This document shows, piece after piece, positions 25,595-33,804 of a stretch of 37,455 bases of DNA. The stretch's first letter is position 1. Each line of letters opens with the position of its first letter. The notes under the pieces were generated by a model that was not told the DNA's origin, made no database searches, and saw only the letters and a list, made by a program, of their open reading frames with translations. The stretch is taken from positions 1 through 37,455 of the IMG/VR virus record IMGVR_UViG_3300028326_000013. One strand, given 5' to 3'. The stretch is from a virus. Lineage: Duplodnaviria > Caudoviricetes. A program made the translations under genes and the position numbers.

Positions 25595-25941
25595 GCATGC
25601 AAGTGCACATGAGCTGGCATGGTGATGAGATCAAGCGTGCATTGGCGCGGGCCTCTCCCACGGCGCTGTACCAAGCCGGAGAGGACATCCGTGGCGTGAG
25701 CATCCGGCAGGCGCCGCTGGATACCGGCGAATTAATCCGCTCCTCTGCGACGCAGGCGGACGATCAGGCCGTTACCATCAGCTACGACACGCCTTATGCG
25801 GTACGGTGGCATGAGAACGACGCTAATTTCCAGCGGGGGCGCAAGAAGAAGTACCTGGAGGATCCCATCAACGACCCGACTGAGCAGCAACGTGTGCTGC
25901 GCATTCTTCGGCAGGGCGTCAAGGAGGGAATAGGTCTGTGA
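25591..25941 (+). CDS. Neck protein (HK97 gp10-like / minor capsid 2)
   Basis: APLDTGELIRS, YDTPYAVRWHE, KYLEDP. Confidence 0.82.
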   Translation: MSMQVHMSWHGDEIKRALARASPTALYQAGEDIRGVSIRQAPLDTGELIRSSATQADDQAVTISYDTPYAVRWHENDANFQRGRKKKYLEDPINDPTEQQRVLRILRQGVKEGIGL

Positions 25942-26303
25942 ACCTCTCTGAGCAGCTTGCCCGGTGGCTGGAACCGCAGTTTCCGGCCTCCGTCGTTACG
26001 CACGGTTTCATGCCTGAGACCCCCGACCGGTGCATTGCAGTTTACGGTGCCGATCTCCGGACGCTCGGCGATTCGGATGGCGCGCGGCTGCAAATCCGCG
26101 TGCGCGGCGACAGGACCGCGAGCATGGCCGCTGACGACGCGCAGGTGCTGGCGAACCTGCTGGACGACTACCATGACGGCGTATGGGTTCCGGATGCGGC
26201 CTACATCATCCGCGTCCACGTCGAATCCGGTCCCGCGCATATCGGGGCTGACCAGAATAACCGGCAGGAGTACACGCTCAATCTGCGTGTCTGGACCTGC
26301 TGA
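25938..26303 (+). CDS. Tail terminator (minor capsid 3-like)
   Basis: MPETPDRCIAVY, LQIRVRG, IGADQNNRQEYTLN. Confidence 0.78.
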   Translation: MNLSEQLARWLEPQFPASVVTHGFMPETPDRCIAVYGADLRTLGDSDGARLQIRVRGDRTASMAADDAQVLANLLDDYHDGVWVPDAAYIIRVHVESGPAHIGADQNNRQEYTLNLRVWTC

Positions 26304-26335
26304 TCCCAACCGACAATTGCAGGAGGTATAAGCCT

Positions 26336-27076
26336 ATGGCACGCAAAAACGGGTGCCCCTTTTCCGTGCGCGACTGGAGCATCAGTATCCGCTCGCGCGG
26401 TAGCACGAACGAACTCCCGACATGGATTCCCATCAAAGGCCTCAACAGCATGGAATACACGACCGACGCCGACACCGAGGACGGATCTAGCGCGCAGGAC
26501 TTGTGGGGCGAGCCCTATGTGACCAAGCGCACTGGTTCTGTCACGCTGGAGGCCAAACGCGTGGTCGATTCCATCACTGGCGCGGCCGACCCGGGCCAGG
26601 CAGAGCTCAACTACTATGCGACGCTGGGCGGCTGCGACGCCGACGCGCGGCTGAAACTGGTGGACGCCGTGGGTAACGCGACGCTGCTCGATGCGGTTGT
26701 CACCAGCGCAGGCGACAGTGCGGACGACACCAGCGAGACCGTGTCCTATGACATGGAGGTCGTCGGCGAGCCGATTCCGCAGACGTATGTTCAGGCGACC
26801 GCCGTCGCGGTTAAGGACGGTGCGACCGCCGTCACTACCTTGTCGATGGATACCAACGACACTAAGGAGCTGACCGTCGCCTTCACTCCCGCGACCGCGA
26901 GTAACCAGAAGTTCGCGGTGTCCAGTTCCGATGCATCAAAGGTCAAGGTGCTATCGGTGGACGGCCTGACCTTTGAGCTTCAGGCGTTGGCCGTCGGCTC
27001 CTCGACCGTCACTGTTCGTTCCATGAACAACAGCTTGACCGCGACCGTCACCGTAACCGTGACGACCAGCGGCTGA
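26336..27076 (+). CDS. Major tail protein with C-terminal Ig-like (Big_2) domain
   Basis: WIPIKGL, DPGQAEL; C-terminal LTVAFTPATASNQ...SSSDAS...AVGSSTVTV. Confidence 0.85.
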   Translation: MARKNGCPFSVRDWSISIRSRGSTNELPTWIPIKGLNSMEYTTDADTEDGSSAQDLWGEPYVTKRTGSVTLEAKRVVDSITGAADPGQAELNYYATLGGCDADARLKLVDAVGNATLLDAVVTSAGDSADDTSETVSYDMEVVGEPIPQTYVQATAVAVKDGATAVTTLSMDTNDTKELTVAFTPATASNQKFAVSSSDASKVKVLSVDGLTFELQALAVGSSTVTVRSMNNSLTATVTVTVTTSG

Positions 27077-27091
27077 TCTATTTTGGCCAAC

Positions 27092-27127
27092 GGGGCACGT
27101 CTACAACGGCGCGCCCCGCCCATTTTT
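27092..27127 (+). terminator. Possible terminator after major tail gene
   Basis: GGGGCACGTC...GGCGCGCCCC imperfect stem, with T tract 5 nt later. Confidence 0.45.
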
Positions 27128-27140
27128 GAGGGAGGGCAAC

Positions 27141-27515
27141 ATGAGCAAGGGTAAGGGCAAGAGCGGCAAGTTCTTCGATTTCGACCGGCAGTTTTCTGAG
27201 ATGCGGCATGACACCGTCACCCTGCACGTTTTCAGCAAGGATTACACTATTCCCGCCCGCATTCCGGCCATCGTTCCGCTGGAGATGTCCCGTCTTGAGG
27301 ACGCGGATGGCGTGCCCAGCAAGGTAATGATCAAAATTTCGCGGGTGATGTTCGGCGACACCGTGCTGGACGAGTGGGCGGCTCACGCGGATTTCACAAT
27401 CGACCGACTTTTTGAGATCACTACTGCCACGTTCAAACTGATCAACGGTGAGGACCCGGACGATGAGCCCGAGGAAGTGACCGAGGATTCGGCGGGTGGC
27501 AGCCCAAACGTGTAA
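27141..27515 (+). CDS. Tail assembly chaperone (gpG-like)
   Basis: Between major tail and tape measure; SD GAGGGAGG; ends at a slippery site. Confidence 0.8.
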   Translation: MSKGKGKSGKFFDFDRQFSEMRHDTVTLHVFSKDYTIPARIPAIVPLEMSRLEDADGVPSKVMIKISRVMFGDTVLDEWAAHADFTIDRLFEITTATFKLINGEDPDDEPEEVTEDSAGGSPNV

Positions 27516-27775
27516 GCATCCTGCCGATGTGGGCCTACGTTGAGGCCGATTTTCGGCGGGATTATGGCATCAGCTTGTCTGATGATCTACCCGGCATGAC
27601 CTGGCGTGAATTCCAGGTGCTGTTGCACGGCCTGTCCCCATGGGGAGCCGTGGCGACGCACTGGGACGAGGAAGCGAAAAAGCAGCGGTTGGCAGACGAG
27701 GAAGAAACTGGACGCCCCAGCGCGGCTGCGCAGGGCTTCTGGCAGCGAATCGCGAGCATGGGTAGGCTGGAGTGA
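27503..27775 (+). CDS. Tail assembly chaperone extension (gpGT-like), reached by -1 frameshift
   Basis: C CCA AAC at 27503-27509; -1 frame open as PKRVSILPMWAYVEADFRRDYGI...MTWREF. Confidence 0.8.
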   Translation, partial: PKRVSILPMWAYVEADFRRDYGISLSDDLPGMTWREFQVLLHGLSPWGAVATHWDEEAKKQRLADEEETGRPSAAAQGFWQRIASMGRLE

Positions 27776-27781
27776 GGATGC

Positions 27782-27813
27782 TTGCGCCTCCGTTTGCGGT
27801 GTGATATTATAAT
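27782..27813 (+). promoter_or_regulatory. Moron promoter
   Basis: TTGCGC-N17-TATTAT with TG extension; overlapping TATAAT. Confidence 0.7.
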
Positions 27814-27844
27814 TGTTATCATATGGTAAATGGAGGCGGATCTC

Positions 27845-28363
27845 ATGAAAAAGTGGCTGGCGGCGGTGCTGACGTTGGTCGTCGTGCTGGGCATGACTGC
27901 GGGCGCGGGGGCGAATACTGTGCAGATAATTCCGTTGGGCGTTCCGATCAAGGATTTCATTGCGCGATACAACGGGGGTATATCCGGGTTGTCGCCGCTT
28001 GACGCAGCCGCGTTGCAATCTGATCCGGATACCGGTTTTAGCTATTTTAGGATTCCGGATGAAGCGGTTATTGTGCTTTCGATAGCGGGTGGTAAAATAT
28101 CACTTGCACAGGTCGTTTTGGAGCCTACGCCTTCGCCGGGTTGGGAAACATACCTGGCTGTCCTGGATCGCTGCTTGATGGCGCTGGCTCCGGAGTTATC
28201 TGAGTACGACCGGCACGAGCTCGCTATGCAGGCGGTGCTAAGCGGGGTTTCCAAAGGCGAGACTTCGGTTGGCGCTAAAAACGACTATACTGTCAAGGAT
28301 TATACAGTCCAGACGATCATCGGCGAGAACAACGAGCGAAGGGCAATCATTTTCAAATTCTGA
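27845..28363 (+). CDS. Exported protein (moron inside the tail operon)
   Basis: Signal peptide MKKWLAAVLTLVVVLGMTAGAGA; own promoter and terminator. Confidence 0.82.
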   Translation: MKKWLAAVLTLVVVLGMTAGAGANTVQIIPLGVPIKDFIARYNGGISGLSPLDAAALQSDPDTGFSYFRIPDEAVIVLSIAGGKISLAQVVLEPTPSPGWETYLAVLDRCLMALAPELSEYDRHELAMQAVLSGVSKGETSVGAKNDYTVKDYTVQTIIGENNERRAIIFKF

Positions 28364-28382
28364 TCTCTCGTAAAAACGCTTC

Positions 28383-28408
28383 AGCGTCCGCAAAAGCGGG
28401 CGCTTTTC
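28383..28408 (+). terminator. Moron terminator
   Basis: AGCGTCCGC-AAAA-GCGGGCGCT-TTT. Confidence 0.75.
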
Positions 28409-28434
28409 TATATCCAAAAAGGAGGTGTGTTGTC

Positions 28435-31400
28435 ATGGCGCTCAAAGTTGGCGAGCTGTACGCGGAGCTGAAGCTCGATAGCGGCGATTACACAAAGGCA
28501 CTTGACGCATCCAAGGAAAGCCTTAAGCGCATGGATAACGCCCTCACCACGTCGCTGGGCACCGTTGGCAGCTACGGCAAGGCCCTTTCCGGCCTCAAAG
28601 CCTCTGCCGGAAGTATCCAAAGCGCGCTTTCATCCAACACGCAAAACATCGAAAAGTTTCGCGCGGCGATCAGCGCGAGTGAATCCGCACTTTCTTCCGC
28701 GAAGGCAGGTATGGCGGCCCACGCGAAAATCGTTGACGATGCGAAGGCCAAGCACGCCGCGCTTTCCAAGACCCTCGCAGAGGCGAAGGAAGCAGCGAAG
28801 GTCGCAGCGGATTCCTTCGGCAAGGAGAGCGAGGACGCTAAAGACGCGGCGAAGGCCGTCGAGTTCCACTCCGAGCAGGTCAAGCAATCCAAGGCAGCGC
28901 TTGCGGCACTCACCAAAGAGCACAAGACCTATGAACAGGCCGTGCAGACGGAAGAAACCGCGCTCGCGGATGCCAACCGGCAGTATGAGGCTGCAGTCGT
29001 CAATCAGAAGGCGCTTGAGGGCGAACTGGCGACGGCCAACGCTCAGATCAGGAAGCAGACCAGCCTGCTAAATCGCATGGCAATGAGCGCGGAGGCCGCA
29101 AGCGAGTGGCAGCTCAAACTGGGTAAGACCCTGACTACGAGCCTGACCCTTCCGCTTGTCGCCGGAACTGTGGCGATCGGGAAATTCGCGGTCGATTTTG
29201 AGAGCGCTTTCGCAGGCGTCGAAAAGACCGTGGACGGCACGGACGAAGAGCTGGCCACAATCCGGCAGGGTATTCGCGATATGGCGAAGGAGATTCCAAC
29301 CGGCACGACGGAACTTTCTGCGCTGGCGGAGGCCGCCGGGCAGCTGGGCATCCAAACTCCCAACGTCCTCGGTTTTACGCGTGTGATGGCTGACCTGAAG
29401 GAGTCCACCAATCTGGGTGACGAGGGCGCTACACAGCTCGCGCGATTTGCAAACATCACGGGCATGAGCCAGGACAATTTTGACCGGCTCGGCTCGTCGA
29501 TCGTCGATCTGGGCAATAACTATGCGACGACCGAATCGGACATCGTGTCGATGGCTATGCGTCTTGCCGCAGCCGGCAAACAGGTCGGCATGAGCGAAGC
29601 GGATATTCTGGGCTTCTCTGCCGCACTGTCGTCCGTCGGTATTGAGGCTGAGGCCGGCGGTAGTGCGTTCAGCCGCATCATGTCGCAGATTCAGCTTGCG
29701 GTCGAAACCAACAGCAAGAAGCTGAGCCAGTTCGCCAAGGTTGCCGGTATGACGGGCAAGCAGTTTGCTACCACATTCAAGACCGATGCTGTTACCGCCC
29801 TCATGGCGTTCGTTAAGGGCTTGAATGAGGGTGACACCAGCGCCACCAAGCTGCTGGCCGACATGGACATTAACGATGTCCGCATGACCGACGCGTTGAA
29901 GCGTGCAGCCGGTGCGGGTGACATGTTCTCGTCGGCGATCAACACGGCGAACACTGCCTGGAGCGAAAACACGGCGTTGGCCAATGAAGCACAAAAGCGG
30001 TATAAGACCGTGGCAAGTCGCCTAAAGGTCCTCGGCAACCGCGCAAAAGACGTGGGCATGTCGCTGGGCGAAAAGTACGTGGTGCCCGCACTCGAGGGTG
30101 GTATGGAAGCCGTTGATGGTTTTATCAAGAAAATCGACGGCATGACCGACGCGCAGAAGGATGCTGCGAAAACCGCCGTCGTGTTCGCCGCCGCCATCGG
30201 CCCTGGTTTTCAGATTCTGGGCAAGGCGAACCAAGCGATTTCCAACGTGATCACCGGCATTCAGGGGTTCTCCGAAGCAGCAACCGCCGCTGGCGGCGCG
30301 GGAAAACTGCTCGTGTCGGCCATCGGTCCCGCTGGGTGGATCGCCATCGGCGCGGGGATCCTATATGGTGCGCATGCCCTTTACGACTGGGCCAGCGGCG
30401 CAAAGGCCGCGCGCGAAGCCACTGCAAACATGATGAAGATCGCAAACGAATGGAAATCCACGCAGGCAAAGACCGTCTTCGATACCGGCAATGATCCGTT
30501 TGCGCGTTTCAAGCTGACCAAGGAGGATTTCGCGGGAACCAAGGAAGGCAGTAAGCAACTCACCAAGTATGAGACGCAGTATGCAAAGCTGCTCAAAACG
30601 ATCAACAGCGGCAAGGCGGGCAAAAAGACCAAGGCGAGCTTCGGAAAAAATGTTGAGCAAACCATTCAGCTCCGGTTCGAGCTCGCGCAGGGTGACGGTG
30701 GCTATGACAAGCTCCTGTCAGGTGTTGAGGCTGAAATTGAACGTTTGAAAGCATTGGGTATGGAGCCTACCTCCGCGACCTACGCGGACGCGATGAAGGC
30801 CGCCGCGCAGGGTAACAAGGAGACCGTGGACTCTATCAACGACGCCTACTCGGAGCAGTACGCGGAAATCCAGAAGATCACCGACAAGGACCAACGCGAC
30901 GCGGCGCTGAAGCAGTTGAACGCCCAGTATCAGGAGCAGATGGCCGACGCTGCCGAACGGTATGCCGCCGTCATTAAGCAACTTGCGCCGGGTATGTTCG
31001 AGACGCCGGAGGTCAAAGCGGGGGCGGAACAGTGGGAGACACTGAGTAGTTACATTGACGATTACACCAGCGCCACCACTGAGGCTGAAAAAAACGATGC
31101 GCTCGCGAACATCAACAAGCAGGTTGGCGAAATGGACGAAGCCTCACTTACATCGTTCCTGGCCGCGATAAAAGATGTTGATAACCAAGCGCAGACACTT
31201 AAGGGCTTGAATGTTGATCCTACTACAATCTTCTCCACTGATCAGCTCGATACCGCGACAACGAGTATCGAGGATTTCAGTTCCGCGGTGGAGTTTTTGA
31301 ACAGCCTGACAGGCCCGGATGCCGACAAGCTCGCCGGACTAAAAGAGATTTTGAGCGGCGCAGAGGAAGAGCTGGGGCGAGTGTCTTCCGACCTCGATTT

Positions 31401-33072
31401 GACACCCAAGGTCAGCATCGCTCAGGAGAATGTCGAGGTTCCGGCAGATCTGACGCTTGAGGCGCTGGCCAAGTTCACGGGGTTCATTCCGCCGGACGCG
31501 GCGCCCTCTCTTGAAAGCATCGCGAAGTTTGTAGGCTACACGCCGCCAGAAGGTGAGGAGATTAACCTAGACGCGCTGGCGAAGTTTGTGGGCTATACAC
31601 CTCCGGCAGGCGAAGACATCACCCTTGACGCATTGGCCAACTTTGTCAAGTACACCCCTCCGGCCGCGCCACCCACGCTCTCCGCATTGGCTCAATTTGT
31701 TGGCTATGAGCCCAAAGACAAAAACGAGATCCCATCGTTGGAATCCATCGCCAAGTTCGTGGGCTACACGCCACCGGCGGGAGAGGATATCACTCTCGAC
31801 GCGCTGGCTGCTTTTGTCAAGTACACTCCGCCTGCGACGCAGCCTGCGCTATCTGCATTGGCTCAATTCGTTGGCTACACGCCCGCGGACAAAAATGAGA
31901 TCCCGACGCTGGAGTCCATTGCTAAGTTCGTGGGGTATACGCCGCCCGCTGAAAAACCGGAGATTGAAGTAACCGCTAAGATCACGTTCAACCCGAAAAC
32001 GTTTGCGCTTTCAAGTTCAAATCTCGAAGAGAAGCCAGGCATTCTCGGAATCGGCGCGTCTGATACCGATCAGATCAACAACATCGTTAAGGCCTACGAG
32101 GCGCTCAAGGAGCTGCAGTTCTCCGGCGGCGGGGCAGGCAACGGGGATGCTATGCTTGACACGATCTCGCGTATTGAAACGTTTTTGGGTACCGCTGACC
32201 TTGATTCGATCAAAACGTTTGTCGAGCAATATAAAGCGCTGCTGGATAGTGGCGGAACTCCGTCGGAGAGCCAGACCGCACAGATGCAATCTCTTGCCAA
32301 CTTGCTCCAGGTAATTAACGGTATTGGGATGCAGGGGGACGGTGTGACCGGTCTGACTGACGCGCTGGACGACATCTTCAACGCCGATTGGAGCACAAGC
32401 CTTGATCCTGCCGTGGAAGCGCTACAGGGGCTTGTTGACAAGGCGACTGAGGCGGGTACGAATACGGCCATCGGGTATGCGAACGGTATTGCCAGTAATA
32501 CCGATCCGGCAAAGACTGCCGGCGGAAATCTGGGTGGCGCCGGGTTGGACGGACTCAACACGACGCTTGACTCCGGCAGTCCTTCAAGAGAAACGTACAA
32601 GATCGGTGGCTGGTTCGCCGAAGGCATGGCCAATGGCATCAAAGACAGCACGTACCTGATCACGGCGGCGGCGCGAGCGGCAGCGAAGGCTGCGATGGAC
32701 GCCATCAAAAACGCGCTGGGCATCTCCTCGCCATCGAAGGTCGCGTTCCAGTTTGGCGGCTATTTTACGGAGGGCTTTGCGGATGGTATTGAGAGTATGG
32801 AGCGTTCCGTATCTCGCGCTTCACGCGGTATGGCGGCGATGGCTACACGCGGCCTGATGTATTCGCCTGTCCGCATTCCAGCGCTCGCGGGGGCTGCTGC
32901 CGGGCCCATCGGCGGCTTGAGTATCGACTACAATCGCTTGGCGTCTGCATTGGCTGCGCATCCGACGGTCCTGCGGCTGAATGATAAGGAGCTGGCCCGC
33001 GCGACAGTGGAACCCAACGCAGCGGCGGAAGCCCGCAGGCAAGCCCGTATTCGGGCGGGGTATGGAGGTTGA
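28435..33072 (+). CDS. Tail tape measure protein (TP901-type core)
   Basis: 1545 aa, Ala-rich; MALKVGELYAEL, DFESAFAGVEKT, EAEAGGSAFSR, LGISSPSK. Confidence 0.95.
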   Translation: MALKVGELYAELKLDSGDYTKALDASKESLKRMDNALTTSLGTVGSYGKALSGLKASAGSIQSALSSNTQNIEKFRAAISASESALSSAKAGMAAHAKIVDDAKAKHAALSKTLAEAKEAAKVAADSFGKESEDAKDAAKAVEFHSEQVKQSKAALAALTKEHKTYEQAVQTEETALADANRQYEAAVVNQKALEGELATANAQIRKQTSLLNRMAMSAEAASEWQLKLGKTLTTSLTLPLVAGTVAIGKFAVDFESAFAGVEKTVDGTDEELATIRQGIRDMAKEIPTGTTELSALAEAAGQLGIQTPNVLGFTRVMADLKESTNLGDEGATQLARFANITGMSQDNFDRLGSSIVDLGNNYATTESDIVSMAMRLAAAGKQVGMSEADILGFSAALSSVGIEAEAGGSAFSRIMSQIQLAVETNSKKLSQFAKVAGMTGKQFATTFKTDAVTALMAFVKGLNEGDTSATKLLADMDINDVRMTDALKRAAGAGDMFSSAINTANTAWSENTALANEAQKRYKTVASRLKVLGNRAKDVGMSLGEKYVVPALEGGMEAVDGFIKKIDGMTDAQKDAAKTAVVFAAAIGPGFQILGKANQAISNVITGIQGFSEAATAAGGAGKLLVSAIGPAGWIAIGAGILYGAHALYDWASGAKAAREATANMMKIANEWKSTQAKTVFDTGNDPFARFKLTKEDFAGTKEGSKQLTKYETQYAKLLKTINSGKAGKKTKASFGKNVEQTIQLRFELAQGDGGYDKLLSGVEAEIERLKALGMEPTSATYADAMKAAAQGNKETVDSINDAYSEQYAEIQKITDKDQRDAALKQLNAQYQEQMADAAERYAAVIKQLAPGMFETPEVKAGAEQWETLSSYIDDYTSATTEAEKNDALANINKQVGEMDEASLTSFLAAIKDVDNQAQTLKGLNVDPTTIFSTDQLDTATTSIEDFSSAVEFLNSLTGPDADKLAGLKEILSGAEEELGRVSSDLDLTPKVSIAQENVEVPADLTLEALAKFTGFIPPDAAPSLESIAKFVGYTPPEGEEINLDALAKFVGYTPPAGEDITLDALANFVKYTPPAAPPTLSALAQFVGYEPKDKNEIPSLESIAKFVGYTPPAGEDITLDALAAFVKYTPPATQPALSALAQFVGYTPADKNEIPTLESIAKFVGYTPPAEKPEIEVTAKITFNPKTFALSSSNLEEKPGILGIGASDTDQINNIVKAYEALKELQFSGGGAGNGDAMLDTISRIETFLGTADLDSIKTFVEQYKALLDSGGTPSESQTAQMQSLANLLQVINGIGMQGDGVTGLTDALDDIFNADWSTSLDPAVEALQGLVDKATEAGTNTAIGYANGIASNTDPAKTAGGNLGGAGLDGLNTTLDSGSPSRETYKIGGWFAEGMANGIKDSTYLITAAARAAAKAAMDAIKNALGISSPSKVAFQFGGYFTEGFADGIESMERSVSRASRGMAAMATRGLMYSPVRIPALAGAAAGPIGGLSIDYNRLASALAAHPTVLRLNDKELARATVEPNAAAEARRQARIRAGYGG
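31456..31962 (+). repeat. Nine 18-20-aa tandem repeats in the tape measure protein
   Basis: Consensus L(D/E/S)(A/S)(L/I)AxFVGYTPP; higher-order 57-aa (171-bp) duplication. Confidence 0.9.
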
Positions 33073-33075
33073 CGT

Positions 33076-33804
33076 ATGGCGCGGAAGAATGGTTTATGGT
33101 TCGAGTTCGCGGGTGTGTCCAGCACCGCAAAGGGCCTGAAGTTGCTGGCGCTCCCCGACCGTCCACGCGCAGCCCTGCGCGTCCCGGATGAACCGCCAAT
33201 CCCCGGCAGGGACGGGACATTGTGGCTTCCAGAAGATGCCTACGACGATATAGAGATTTCCGTGCGGGCACAGCTGCTTTCGACGGTTACACCTGCCTCC
33301 ATCAGCGCGTGGCTGACCGGACGCGGATGGTTGCGGTTTTCTGATGCCCCAACCCGCGCGTACAAGGCCCGCGCGCTGGCAGCGTACCCCTACGCGCACA
33401 TCGGCGGATGCGAGACGCGGCAGACCATTGAGGTAACGTTCACATGCCATCCGTGCGCGTATGTCTACCCCATTCCCTCCGTCGCGCTGACCAACGGCAG
33501 AATTATCACCAACCCCGGCACTCGCTACGCGGAGCCGGTTATCACGATCGTCGGCTCCGGCGACATCACTCTGGCCATTGGCACGCAAACGCTGGTCATC
33601 ACGGGCCTAACAGGCGGGTCCATCACCCTGGACATGGAGGCGCGTGTGGCGTTTCGCGAATTGACTGACGGCAGCAAAGTCAATCTCTGCCCGCTGGTGT
33701 CCGGTGACTGGCCGCTGCTGATTCAGCCGGGCAGCAACGCGGTGAGCTGGACCGGTGCGGTGTCGGCGTTGACACTGGACGCCGCCAACTGGAGGTATGT
33801 CTGA
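33076..33804 (+). CDS. Distal tail protein (Dit)
   Basis: WFEFAGVSS, IPGRDG, FTCHP, NPGT..AEPVITI.GSG, PGSNAVSWTG. Confidence 0.9.
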   Translation: MARKNGLWFEFAGVSSTAKGLKLLALPDRPRAALRVPDEPPIPGRDGTLWLPEDAYDDIEISVRAQLLSTVTPASISAWLTGRGWLRFSDAPTRAYKARALAAYPYAHIGGCETRQTIEVTFTCHPCAYVYPIPSVALTNGRIITNPGTRYAEPVITIVGSGDITLAIGTQTLVITGLTGGSITLDMEARVAFRELTDGSKVNLCPLVSGDWPLLIQPGSNAVSWTGAVSALTLDAANWRYV

